Below the pieces are notes generated by a model that ran no database searches, was not told the origin of the DNA, and worked only from the letters and a program-made list of their open reading frames with translations. The position numbers and the translations under genes are program-made. Source: the human T2T-CHM13v2.0 reference genome, Homo sapiens. Taken from it: a DNA stretch of 64,000 nucleotides. The stretch lies in NCBI RefSeq assembly GCF_009914755.1, contig NC_060925.1; one strand, 5' to 3'. Below, in pieces: positions 1 through 15,400 of this stretch; positions within the stretch are counted from its first letter, which is position 1; every line of letters starts with the position of its first letter.

Positions 1-92
1 CCAATCCTAAACTGAGAAACACCTATGAATGCCACAGTCCAGGGACAAAGGCTCACCAAAAACCCAAGACCTAATCATAGAACTATAGAACT

Positions 93-395
<303 letters not shown>

Positions 396-511
396 AGAAC
401 TACAGAACAGTTCCTCTCCTCTTACATCTTGCCATCACACTACTAAAGGCCTATTTACAGTGGTTCCTTTTACATCACGTCTAGCTATCAAGAAAAAACT
501 ATAAGACATAC

Positions 512-881
512 TGTATTAGTACATTCTTATGCTGCTATGAAAAAATACTCAATACTGGGTAATTTATAAAGGAAAGACGTTTAATTGACTCACAGTTCCA
601 CAGGGCTGTGGAGGAAACTTATAATTGTAGTGGAAGGGGAAGCAAACACATCCTTCTTCATATGGCAGCAGGATGGAGAAGTGCCCAGCGAAGCAGGAAG
701 CCCCTTATAAAACCATCCGATCTTGTGAGAACTAACTCACTATCAAGAGAACAGGATGGGGGATACTGCCCCCACGATTCAATTATCTCCACCTGGTCCT
801 GGTCCCTACCGCGACACATGGGGATTATGGGAACCACAATTCAAGAGGAGATCTGGGTGGGGACACAACCAAACTATGTCA
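512..881 (-). mobile_element. THE1 (THE1C-like) MaLR solo LTR
   Basis: TGTATTAG...TCA termini, THE1 internal motifs, perfect 5-bp TSD CATAC (507-511, 882-886). Confidence 0.88.
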
Positions 882-1902
882 CATACTAAAAGGCAAAAAA
901 ACATAGTTTGAAGAGACAGAGCGAGCATTAGTACCAGACTCAGATATGGCAAGGATGTTGGAATTATCAGACTAGGAATTTTAAAAAACTATAATTAATA
1001 TGCTAAGGATTCCAGTGGAAAAGGAGACAGCATGCAAGAACAGACAGGGGATACAGGCATAGAAACAGAAATTCTAAAAACCAAGAAGAACTGCTAGATC
1101 AAAAACACCAACAAAAATAAAGAATGCCTTTGATATCTTATTGGCAGACTGGACGTAGCTGGAGAGAAGAATCTCTGAGCTGAAATTATCTCAATATGGT
1201 AACCACCAACATTAAGAAGCAAAGACAAAAAAAGACTTTATAAAAAAAAAACAGAATATCCAAGAACTGTGGAATGATTATATAAAGGTATAAGATATGT
1301 GTAATAGGATATGTCAGAAGAAGAATAAAGAGAGAATGGAACAGAAGAAATACTTGAAGTAATAATGACTGAGAAGTTCTCCCAGATTAATGCCAGGCAC
1401 CAAACCACAGATCCAGGAAACTCAGAGAACACCAAGAAGGATAAAAGTCCAAAAATCTATACTTAGGCATGTCATTTTCAAACTACAGAAAATCAAAAGT
1501 TTTTTAAAATACTGAGAGAAGCCAGATTTTTATAGCTAAAGATAAGTATATGTCTGTTTTAGGTGTTCATAGATACTGAAATGGTTTCAGTAATATGTCA
1601 TTTTCTGAAAATCTCAAAACACTTGAAAGGTGTGTGCAATGGTTTGAAGGTCTGTACCCTCCAAAACTCATGTTGAACTTTAATTACCATTATATCAGTG
1701 TTAAGAGGTGGGACCATTAAGAGGTGACTCAGCCATGAAGGCTCTGTCCTCATGGGCAGGATTAATTCCAGTATTTGATGCCCTCTTGTCTCCTGGCCCT
1801 TCCACCATGTGATGTCACAGCAAGAAGGCCCTCACTACATATAGCCATCTTAATATAGAACTTCCAGGCCTCCAGAAATGTGAGTCAACAAATTTCCGCT
1901 CT

Positions 1903-2945
<1,043 letters not shown>

Positions 2946-3474
2946 TAAATTTTTTTTCTTTATAAATTACTCAGTGTCAGTTATTCTATTATAGCAGCAC
3001 AAAACAGACTAAAATAAACAACTTACATATAGAGGAACAAAGAATCATAGCCAACTTCTCAGAAACCGTGTACAAGAGAGTGGAATGAAATAAAGTACTG
3101 AGAGAAAAAAAAATTACTAATCTAGAATTCTGTACCCTGTGGAATTACCCTTCAAAAGTGAAGGGAAAATAAAGACTTTTTCAGGAAAACAAAAGTTGAG
3201 GAAATGTATTGCCAGTAGACCCACCCGCATGAAATGTTAAAAGAAATTCTGTAGAGAGAAGGAAAATTATAAAGGTTAGAAACTTAGATCTACATAAAGA
3301 AAGAATGAGAATCAAAGAAGGAATAGGTGAAGGTAAAATAAAAACTTTCATTTTTCTTATTCTTAATTGATCTAACAGATAATAGTTTGTTCAAAAGACT
3401 GCTAATAGCATCAATGTATTTAATTATGTATGTTTATGTATAAGCTAAATAAATGACATAAGAGAGGGAGCAGG

Positions 3475-3776
3475 GGCCGGGCACAGTGGCTCAGGCCTGT
3501 AATCCCAGCACTTTGGGAGGCTGAGGCAGGTGTACTGCCTGAGCTTAGGAGTTCGAGACCAGCCTGGGCAACATAGTGAAATCCCATCCCCACACAAAAT
3601 ACAAAAAGTAGCCAGGCATGGTAGTGCACGCCTGTAGTCCCAGCTATTTGAGGAGGTGCTGAGGAAGGAGGATGAGTTGAACTGAGGAGGTCAAGTCTGC
3701 AGTGAGGGGTGTTCAGGCCACTGCACTCCAGCCTGGGTGACAGAGAGAGATCCCATTTCTAAAACAATTTTTTTTA
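3475..3776 (+). mobile_element. AluJ
   Basis: Diverged dimer; TSD aagagagggagcagg on both sides. Confidence 0.88.
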
Positions 3777-6007
3777 AAGAGAGGGAGCAGGAATTAAAAG
3801 TATTTTGTTATTCTAAGGTACTCATTCTACCTGTAAAGTGGTAAAGTGTTATTTGAGAGTAAACTTGGATTCGTCGTAAATGTATATTGCAAACTCTGGG
3901 GCAATCACTAAAAAAGGAGATATATCTATATCTGATGTTCTAATGAAGAGAAAAGAAATCATACAAAAGGCTCAACTGAAACCACAAAAGGCAAAAAATA
4001 GTGAAAGACAACAATCAGAACAAATAACAAGGGCAACAAATAGAAAACAGATACGATAAATATTAACCCAACTATATCAATAATCACTTTGAATATCAAT
4101 GATCTAAATGCATCAATTAAAAGACAGGAATGGTCGCAGTGGATCAAGACACAAAACCCAACCATATGTCATCCACAAGAAACCCATTTTACATATAAAT
4201 AGATTAAATGTACATGGATGGAGAAAGATATACCGTGCTAACACTAATCAAAAGAAAAGCAGAAAGAGCTACATTAATTCTAGATTTCAGGTTAAATGTC
4301 ACCTCTACAGGAAACCCTTCTGTATCCACCTACTCACAGGTGAGTTTGTGCTCACCCCAATCACATTCAATCATATAATCATGGGCATTTGTCACTGTCT
4401 CTCTACTCCATAACAGAAGCTTTATCAAAGTCAGGACCTTATTTACTTGCTCACTGCCTATTACTTATCATACCAACCACCAGGACTTAGAGCATAATAA
4501 TCACTCTAACTCCTGTGTAGAAAATAAATTAGAAGTTGGAAAGAATCGTAGTTAACAATGCAGCTAATCCAGAAAAGAGACCATGGTAACAGGTAGTACT
4601 AAAGAAGCTGACGAGAAGGGAACCAATTCAGATCTTTAGGTAGTAAAATAGTAAAATCAGCACGACATGATGACTAAATGGATCTGTGGCCAAGAAAGGA
4701 TGAGAATCGGAGATGACACCTGGCAACTCAGACTGCTGGGTGGCTGGTGAAACTGTTCACTGAGGCTGGAAAACATGAAGGGAAGTGGGTCTGGGGGAAG
4801 ATAATGTACTCAGATTTACACATGTTACACCAGAGACGCCTGTGCAACAGCCAAGTGGAAATCAGGAGAAAGGAGGCTGGAGACGGAGTCTTGAGAAGGA
4901 TTAATATACAGATGCCACTTGAAGTCATAGGAGCAGATAACATCACACAGCAGGCAAAGGTAAAGTGGGAAAAGAAAAACTTCCGGCTCCAGACACCTGT
5001 GGAGGTCAAAAACTGAAATACGACCAAATCGTTTTAAACTTCATGTAGTACTCCCTTTGTGTTGACAGTTAGATACAAAGCTGACTTATCTACAGTACAT
5101 TCCGTGCAAAGCCTATCAGTTTCAGGCCGAATTTATGAAGTAAACAAAGCTTGACTTCCTTCATTATCACTGCTTTGGTTATGGTAGTCTAAGAACCAGC
5201 CTATTAAATCACTCTGTTAAGTGCTTACTAATGTGGGATTAATTTTCTACCCATCGAATATGAATCAAATCATTCCACAACTAAGCATAAAATGTAAACC
5301 CAAAAATACGATTCACATTTTTAAAGAGGTCTATAATTATCAATATAAAATAGAGCTTGTATCTGCTAATACAGTGCTTTTAAAAAGTATATAAATTACA
5401 ATTTGATGGAGTGCCTAACTCCTTATTTTGCTCAGCAATTAATTCATTCAACTAGAAATGTATATATTATCAATCATATTAAATCCTCAAAAGGTAAAAT
5501 AATACTTGGTGAATTACTTGAAATTGACTTACTTGCTATCACCACTGCTGCCATTTTTTGTTTTGAAAATGCTTTTTTATAAGAAATTTTAGCCTGCTCC
5601 TCCTCTTTGATCTCATAATCATGTGTGATGTTCTGTTTATAGCAATAGAGAAAAAAGACTGGACCTCCTTCTATGAAATTATATGATAGACACCTGATAA
5701 TAAGGTATAGACCAGAATATAAAGCCAGTGATGACAAAAATATTTTGACCAGTAACAGAAACAGTACTGTACACAGGAGTAAATACATATGTCGATGTGT
5801 ACACTATATATGATGCATAAACCAATAGTTTGGTGTATATCCTCCATCCATAAAATAGACACATATGGATTATCTCTGAAAAACAGAAGTAGAAGCGGGG
5901 GAAGGAAGCTGGGGAAAGACTTTTATGTTTTACCCTGTATGATTCTATATGGTGTTTTTATAATAAAAACATATCCTTGTATTGCTTATGTTTAAAAATG
6001 AAATGTG

Positions 6008-6326
6008 CACCAGATGCGGTGGCTCACGGCTATAATCCCAGCACTTTGGGAGGCCAAGGCTGGCAGACTGCCTGAGATCAGGAGCTTGAGAGCAGCCTGG
6101 TCAACATGATGAAACCCCACCTCTACTAAAATAGAAAAAATTAGCTGGGCGTGGTGGCACATGCCTGTAGTCCCAACTACCTGGGGAGGCTGAGGCCCAA
6201 GAATTGCTTGAACCTGGGAGGTGGAGGTTGCAGGGAGCTGAGACGGCGCCACTGCACCCCAGCCTGGGCAGCAGACTAAGACTCTGTCTCAAAAAAAAAA
6301 AAAAAAAAAAAAAAAACAGAAAGAAA
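6008..6326 (+). mobile_element. AluS
   Basis: Dimer, long A tail, TSD gaaatgtg. Confidence 0.88.
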
Positions 6327-7398
6327 GAAATGTGAATACCAATAGCACTGACACCATCCTGTGGGCACAAGGCACATGTTACACCTGCAATACCCCAATA
6401 GCCTCTCTCAGACAACTTGATGCCACGGTCCCACACATCAAATGCTAAGCTAGTGAACCAAAATCATGTCCCCCTGGGGTATACATATTATGGATTTTAT
6501 ACTACAGATTTACATCCTCTGTTTCAATTTCCATTCCAAGTGCTTTTGCGTTCTGTTCATCACTGTTCACAGTTCAGTATGTCATTTAATTTTGCGTAGT
6601 TTTGTGGGTATCCACAATAATTACAATGTTTAATGTTGTATTTTAAGGTTGAGATAAACACAGCAGTTTAAACGCATATGTTCTGGCCAATCTTTAACTC
6701 CCCCTCCACACACACAAACACATACTCTAGCTGTTATTACATATATCCTTCATCTTGCTAGCTGTTTTCCTGTTACCTTCCACAGTATATCTGACAGTGA
6801 CATTGTTATTGATGCCACAGTAAACAGCTAATATATGTAGTAAAAACACATGCACTACAGGGAATCAAAATGACATACCCACCCACCAAACTCCTGCTAC
6901 TCATTCTAATCAGATAATGGCTTTTCTCTTCCCTGAGTGTACTACAAAAGGATGATGTGGCACTAGAGGAAAAATAGTCACAAAACAGGGGAAAAAAATG
7001 TTTTATTAAGTAAACTGTTTATTAAGTGTTTTATTAATAAACTGTTTAGGTCATTGAGATTAGAAAGCAAGTTTGCCTAGACTTGTGTCAAATAATATGA
7101 TAATCTGTCGCTTCTCTATGTACTCTGTTTAATCTGAAGTTCCTAGAAACAAATAGCTGAGCTTCACGTGAATAAAACACCTAGAACATCACCATAAACC
7201 AAGCTTTCTGGAACGAATACTGTATAAAAAGCAGTATTAATGTTTCACTTTTTGCTTTTAGTTACTCTTGTTGGTAACAATCTTACATAAATCAGGGATC
7301 TTTCTAGCTTCGACAAAACTTTTGTTTAAAAAATGAGGTAGAAATAATATTATTGTTTTGAAATTTCCTATCCTATTTTAATTAGAAAGTGTTATACT

Positions 7399-7710
7399 GG
7401 CTGGGCACAGTGGCTGACACCTATAATCCCAGCACTTTGGGAGGCCAAAGCAGGAGGATCACTAGAGCTCAGGAGTTTAACATCAGCCTGGGCAAACAGT
7501 GAGATCTCGTCTCCATTAAAATTTTTTTTTAAATTACCTGGCCATGGTGGCACGTACCTGTAGTCCCAGTGGCTCAGGAGGCAGAGGCAGGGAGACCGCT
7601 TGAACCCAGGATTTCAAGACTGCAGTGAACTTGATAACACCACTGCACTCCAGTCCAAGAGACAAAGCAAGACTGTCCCCAAATAAAAACCCAAAAGCCA
7701 AGAAACAAAA
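7399..7710 (+). mobile_element. AluJ
   Basis: Diverged dimer. Confidence 0.85.
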
Positions 7711-9181
7711 GAATAATACAATATATAATGGAAAACTAGACCTAATCAGAATGTTAGAGCAAGAACAGAATTTAGGTTTAAAAGAGCAGTTAAAAGTCTG
7801 AATACCTGGGTTTCATTCCTGAAACTTCAGAGCCTACTAGTTACAGAATATTTGGCAAGTTGGCTGTCTCTCTGTCCTCATTGTCCTTATTAATAAAATA
7901 AAAATAATAATAGTACCTAATTCTCACAAGACTCTTGGAAAATCAAATGGAATAATACAGTGCCTGGCACACAGTGGATGCCTAATAAATATTAACTCTT
8001 ATTGTTAGTACAGATTCAGAAACTGAGGCCCACACAGTGTGTGTTTTCCCTGAGATAATTTAACCAGCAAATGCCAGAATTAGCATGAGAACCTGGAACC
8101 CCTGATATTTTTGAACTTTTGATTTCTTTTCCATTAAGACCACTTTTTGTGTCGTCTCAAATTACTTTCAAAGGATAAAATGAGAGAGAAGAAAACCCCT
8201 GAGACAAGCATGGCCTAAATTTAAAAGAAGGAAAGAAGAAACTCTGGAGGTGTGTGTGCATATACAAAACATAAGAAACAAAAAGGATGAGTGGAGGGTG
8301 GCAGGGAGGAGGCAAGTGACATAGACACAAAACCTCTAATTAGACTTTTAATAAGATGTAACTCATTAGGACATAATTACATTTCTTATTAAATGATTAA
8401 TCATAAGGTTAGAAGAAAAGGTCATGCTGAATGTTAATTATACATCCTTTCAAGAATTTCAAAGATGTTAACAACAGTACTCGTAAATTAACTCAAACTC
8501 TTGGCAGGATATTTGGCATTATCTTTAAAAATTCAAAAGGCATATATCCTTTCAACAATCAATACAATACGAATTTATCCTACTAATAATTTGGGGAAGT
8601 GTGCAAAATGTGCAAAACAGGATGTGAAGTGCATTATTGGCAATACCAAATATTAGAAAAGTGCCAAGCATTCATTAACAAAGAAATTATTATTATGGTC
8701 AATTCATACAATGAAACATATGGGATACAAAATGTTCCCCAAAGTAGATCGTTAAATGAAAAAAAAAAGTACACAAGAATTCATGCCAGATTAAACTATA
8801 TCTTTTTTTTTTAAACATAGGATGTAGATACACAAATATGTCTGCACAAGCAAATGCTGCAAAGACACATGAGAAACTTAACAGTGATTGCCTGTGGAAA
8901 TGAGAATTGAAGTCGGGGGGCAATAAGATGGGGAGAAATAGACATTTACTTTCACATAGTAGACATATACACACACACACCCAATTTTTAACCATATATA
9001 TTTAACATCAGTTTTAACATTTTAATGTCCCTGGCAACCTGTGTGACTCAGCAGGTGAATAACAAGTAAAAGTAAATTAAAGGCTGTAAAGAAGTAGACA
9101 CAGGCCAACAGGTATAGTGAAGGACAAATTTAAGAGTAAAGAATTTGAAAGCTTCACTTATATATGGCTGAAAAGTCTTAC

Positions 9182-9245
9182 CTGACACTTAGCACTACAG
9201 TATTTGGCGACGCGGCACTGAGAGCATCGCATCAGCTTTTCCTTC
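9182..9245 (-). CDS. SMYD3: SMYD3 coding exon 2 (64 nt; part of the MYND zinc finger of the lysine methyltransferase)
   Basis: Minus strand reads tttttttccccacag|G AAG GAA AAG CTG ATG CGA TGC TCT CAG TGC CGC GTC GCC AAA TAC TGT AGT GCT AAG TGT CAG|gtaaga. This gives (G)KEKLMRCSQCRVAKYCSAKCQ, matching human SMYD3 around residues 55-76 as I recall them. Canonical AG/GT sites, phase 2 in and phase 0 out. Confidence 0.97.
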
Positions 9246-9454
9246 CTGTGGGGAAAAAAATTAATTCTGCATTAAGAAATGAGTGGGAAACATAGTACAT
9301 AGTTGAAGAAAGAAAACATAAGTCAACATACGGACACCCGTATGTTCTGTTTACTCCATTATGTACAGTCCCTTAAGATTTGGATTTTCACACTGATGAG
9401 CCTCCTCTTGAACCTTCCATGTGAGACACTGATAGAAAAACTAAGTCCTTTTGT

Positions 9455-12400
9455 CTGACAGAAGATGGCGGGGAAGAGGCAGGACCAGCTTGCAGCTCCC
9501 GATCGGACAGACAGAGCAGCGTGTGGGGACTCACACTGTGAACTTTTGATCCAACAACTGCCACAGCAACATACCAGGTAAACTAAGAGAATCCACAGAC
9601 CCTCTGAAGGAACTGTATCGCCACTGCAGGCTCCCTGAGACTCTGAAAAGATGTGAGCTGCCTGCTTGCTCAGCAGGGAGGCTGGCGGTCTGGGGCAAGT
9701 TCTCAGCCACAGTCACCAGCTGCCTGGAAACAGACTCCGTGCTGCTGTGGGGGCACGGTGGGAGTGAGACCAGCCTTTAGGACTGCGGGCTGTGTGGGAG
9801 TGGGATGAGGCCTGTGACTGCTGGCTTTCCCCCACTTCTCTGGCAGCCTGTGTGACCCAGCAGAAGCAGCCATAATCACCCTGGGAACATAACTCCATTA
9901 GACTGAAAACCACATCCCCATCCCAACAGCAGCCGCAGCAATCCCCAGCCAAGGAGAATCTGAGCTCAGACACACCTATCCCTGCCCCCTGGTGGTCTTT
10001 CTCTACCAGCCCTGGGTGCCAAAGACAAAGGCCATAATCTCTTGGGAGCTCTATGGCCCTGCCTACCACCTAAGAAACCTGAATAGGTAACCAGGCGACC
10101 TTAGGGCAAGTTTGCTTCCTCCCTGTAGGACCACAGCTGATGTGTTCCTGAAAGCACCAACTCCTGGCTGGAGGCCAACCAACACAAAACCAGCACACTA
10201 AACAAAAATACAACCAAGGGCCCTTGTAGAGTCCACTTCACGCCCCTGCTACCTCCATCAGATCACAGGACTCTTAGCAGTCACTCCCCAGTACCAGCCC
10301 AGAGCCCAGTACCTCCACTGGGTGGCTAGACCCAGAAGAGCAAAAACAATCACTGCAGTTTGGCTCTTGGGAAGCTCCATCCCTGGGGGAGGAGGGAGAA
10401 CACCACATCAAGGGAGAACCCCTTGGAACAAAAGTATCTGAACAGCAGCCCTTGAGTCCCATGTCTCCCCTCTGACACAGTCACCCAAATGAGAAGGAAC
10501 CAGAAAAACAATTCTGGTAATATGACAAAACAAGCTCTTTAACACCCCCCAAAAGATCACACCGGCTCACCAGCAATGGATCCAAACCAAGATAAAATAT
10601 CCGGATTGCAAGAAAAAGAATTCAGAAGGTTAATTATTAAGCTAATCAAGGAGGCACCAGAGAAAAGTGAACTCCAACTTAAAGAAATCGAAAACCTGAT
10701 ACAGAATATGAAAGGAAAATTCTTCAGTGAAATAGCATAAATAAAAAATGATCACAACTTCTAGAAATCAAAGAAACACTTAGAGAAATGCAAAATGCAC
10801 TGGAAAGTCTCAGCAACAGAATCGAACAAGCAGAAAAAAGTACTTCTGAGCTTGAAGACAAGTCTTTTGAGTTAACCCAATCCATCAAAGACAAAGAAAA
10901 AAGAATTTTTAAAAATGAGCCAAGCATCCAAGAAGTTTGGAACTATGTTAAGCATGCAAATCTAAGAATAATTGGTGTTCCCAAGACAAAAAAAAGAAAT
11001 CTAAAAGTTTGGAAACATTATTTGAGGGAATAATCAAGGAAAACTTGTCTGACCTTGCTAGAGATCTAGACATCCAAATACAAGCTCAAAGAACACCTGG
11101 GAAACTCATCACTTAGACACACAGTCAAGAGGTTATCCAAAGCAAAGATGAAGGAAAGACTCTTAAGAGCTGTGAGGCAAAAGCATCAGGTAGCCTATAA
11201 AAGAAAACCTATCAGAGCAACAGCAGATTTCTGAGCAGAAACTGTCAGAGGCATGCATGTGAACCAGGGCAACTCTATCTTGAATAGGAGCTGAGTTAAA
11301 TGAGGCTAAGACTTACTGGGCTGCATTCCCAGACAGTTAGGGCATTCTAAGTCACAGGATGAGACTGGAAGTCGGCACACAATACAGGTCATAAGTACCC
11401 TGCTGATAAAACAGGTTGCAGTAAGGAAGCCTGCTAAAACTCACCAAAACCAAGATAGTGATAAGAGTGACCAGAGGTCACTGGTGGTCCTCACTGTTAC
11501 ACTCCCATCAGTGCCATGACAGTTTACAAATGCCATGGCAACGTCAGGAAGTTACCCTATATGGTCAAAAAAGGGGAGGCATGGATAATTCACCCCTTGT
11601 TTAGCATATAATCAAGAAATAACCATAAACATGGACAACCAGCAGGCCTCGGGGCTGCTCTATGGAGTAGCCATTCTTTTGTTCCTTTACTTTCCTAATA
11701 AACTTGCTTTCACTTTACTCTATGGACTCACCCTGAATTATTTCTTGCATGATATCTATGAACCCCCTCTGTAACAAAACCCTATAAGCTAGAAGGGATT
11801 GGGGTCCTATTTTTAGCCTCCTTAAACAAAACAATTATCAGCCAAGAATTTTGTATGCAGCAAAACTAAGCTTCATAAATGAAGTAAGATACAGTCTTTT
11901 AAGACAAATGCTGAGAGAATTCGCCACTACCAAGCCAGCACTACAAGAACTGCCAAAAGGAACTCTAAATCTTGAAACAAATCCTCGAAATACACCAAAA
12001 TAGAACCTCCTTAAAACAGAAATTTCACAGGACCTACATAACAATAACACAATAAAAAAAACACAAGGTATTCAGACAACAAACAGCACAATGAATGGAA
12101 TAGTACCTCACATCTCAATACTAACATTGACTGTAAATGACCTAAATACTCCACTTAAAAGATATGGAATGGCAGAATGGATAAGAATTCACCAACTAAA
12201 TTTCTGCTGTCTTCAGGAGACTCACCTAACACATAAGGACTCACATAAACTTAAGGTAAAGGGGTGGAAAATGACATTCCATGCAAATGGGCACCAAAAG
12301 TAAGCAGGAGTAGCTATTCTTATAGACAAAACAGACTTTAAAGCAAAAGCAGTTAAACAAAACAAGGAGGGACATTATATAACAATAAAAGGACTAGTCC

Positions 12401-15400
12401 AACAGTAAAATATCACAATCCAAAATATATATGCACCTAACACTGGAGCTCCCAAATTTATAAAACAATTACTAATAGACCTAAGAAATGAGATAGACGG
12501 CAACACAATAATAGTGGGGGATTTTATTATTCCACTGTCAGCACTAGATAGGTCATCAAGACAGAAAGTCAACAAAGAAACAATGGACTTAAACTATACC
12601 CTAGAACAAATGGACTTAACAGATATTTACAGAACATTCTACTCAACAACTGCAGAATGTACATTCTATTCATCAGCACATGGAAAATTCTCCAAGATAG
12701 AACATATGATAGGGCACAAAACAAGTCTCAGTAAATTTAAGAAAATCGAAATTATATCAAGTACTCTCTCAGACCACAGTGGAATAAAATTGGAAATTAA
12801 CTCCAAAAGGAACCCTCAAAACCATGCAAATATATGGAAATTAAATAACCTGCTCCTGGATGATTGTTGGGTCAACAATGAAATCAAGATGGAAATTTAA
12901 AAAGTCTTTGAACTGAACAATAACAGTGACACAACTTATCAAAACCTCTGGAATACAGCAAAAGCGGTGCTAAGCAGAAAGTTCGGAGCATTAAATGCCT
13001 ACATCGAAAAGCCTGAAGGAGCACAAATAGACAATCTAAGGCTACACCTCACAAAACTGGAGAAACAAGAACAATCCAAACCCAAATGCAGCAGAAGAAA
13101 AGAAATAACAAAGATCAGAGAAGAACTAAATGAAATTGAAACAAACAAAAAAAATGCAAAAGATAAATGAAACAAAAGGCTGGTTTTGAAAAGACAAATA
13201 AAACTGATAGACCATTAGCAAGATTAACCAAGAAAAGAAGAGAGAAGATCCAAATAAGCTCAACTGGAAATGAAATGGGAAATATTACTGATACCACAGA
13301 AATACAAAAGTTTATTCAAGGCTACTATGAACACCTTTATGTGCCTAAACTAGAAAACCTAGAGGGGATGGATAAATTCCTGGAAATATACAACCCTCCA
13401 AAATTAAACCAGGAAGATATAGAAACTCTGAACAGACCAATAACAAGCAGCAAGACTGAAATAGTAATTCTTTAAAAATTGCCAACAAGAAAAGTCTAGG
13501 ACCATAAGGATTCACAGCTGAATTCTGTCAGACATTCAAAGAGGAACCAGTATCAATCCTATTGACACTATTCCAGAGGATAGAGAAAAAGGGAATCCTC
13601 CTTAAATCATTCTCTGAAGCCAGTATCACCCTAGTACAAAAACCAGGGAAGGAGTTAACAAAAAATTAAAACTACAGACCAATATTCCTGATGACACAGA
13701 TGCAAAATTCCTCAACAAAATACAAGCTAACTGAATCCAGCAGCACATCAAAAAGATAATTCATCATGATCAAGCGGGTTTCATACCAGGGATGCACGGA
13801 TGGCTTAACATCCATAACTCAAATGTGATATGCCACATAAACAGAATTAAAAACAAGAATCACATGATCATCTCAATAGATGCAGAAAAAGCATTTGACA
13901 AAATTCAGCATTCCTTTATGATTAAAACCCTCAGCAAAATCGGCATAGAAGGGATACACCTTAAGGTAATGAAAGCTATCTAAGACAAACCCACAGCCAA
14001 CATTACACTGAACAGGGAAAAGTTGAAATCATTCCCCCTGAGAAATGAAATCAGACAAGGATGCCCACTTTTACCACTTCTACTCAACATAGTACTGGAA
14101 GTCCTAGCCAGAGCAATCAGACAAGAGAAAGAAATCAAAGGTATCCAAATTAGTAGAGGAAGTCAAACTGCTGCTGTTTGTTTGCTGATGATATGATTGT
14201 ATACCTAGAAAGCCCCAAAGACTCATCCAAAAGCTCCTCGAACTAGTACATGAATTCAGCAAAGTTTCAGGATACAAAATTGATGTACACAAATCAGTAG
14301 CTCTGCTATACAGCAACAGCAACCAAGCTGAGAATCAAATCAAGAACTCAATCCCTTTTACAATAGCTGCAAAAAAATAAAATAAAATAAAATACTTAGG
14401 AATACACCTAACTAAGGAGGTGAAGACCTCTATAAGGAAAACTACAAAACACAGATGACACAAACAAATGGAAACATGTCCCATGCTCATGGATGGGTAG
14501 AATCAATATTGTGAAAATGGCCATATTGCCAAAAGCAATCTACAAATTCAATACAATTCCCATCTAAACACCACTATCATTCTTCACAAAACTAGAAAAA
14601 AAAAATCCTAAAATTCATACGGAACCAAAAAAGAGACCACATAGCCAAAGCAAGACTAAGCAAAAAGAACAAATCTGGAGGCATCACATTATCCAACTCC
14701 AAACTATACTACAAGGCCACAGTCACCAAAACAGCATAGTACTGTTATAAAAATAGGCACAATGAAACAGAATAGACAACCCAGAAACAAACCCAAATAC
14801 TGACAGCTAACTGATCTTCAACAAAGCAAACAAAAACATAAAGTAGGGAAAGGACACCCTATTCAACAAATAGTGCTGGGACAATTGGCAAGCCACCTAT
14901 AGAAGAATGAAACTGGATCCTCATCTCTCACCTTACACAAAAATCAACTCAAGATGAATCAAAGACTTAAATCTAAGACCTGAAACCATAAAAATTCTAG
15001 AAGATAACATCGGAAAAACCTTTCTAGACATTGGCTTAGGCAAAGACTTCATAACAAAGAACCCAAAAGCAAACGCAACAAAAGCAAACATAAATAGATG
15101 GGACTTAATTAAACCAAAAAGTTTCTGCACAGCAAAAGAAATAATCAGCAGAGTTAACAGACAAACCACAGAGTGGGAGAAAATCTTCACAATCTATACA
15201 TCCGACAAAGGACTCATATCCAGAATCTACAAAGAACTCAAACAAATCAGCAAGAACAAAACAGTTCCATCAAAAAGTGGGCTAAAGACATGGACAGACA
15301 ATTCTCAAAAGAAGATATACAAATGGCCAACAAGCATATGGAAAAATTCTCAACATCACTAATTATCAGGGAAATGCAAATCAAAACCACAATGTAATAC

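Noticed and set aside
11243-11776. Interferon-gamma/STAT1 enhancer of MER41B type
   Set aside because: The sequence runs aaggggaggc|atggataat and lacks the segment with tandem TTCnnnGAA GAS motifs, so it is MER41A-like.
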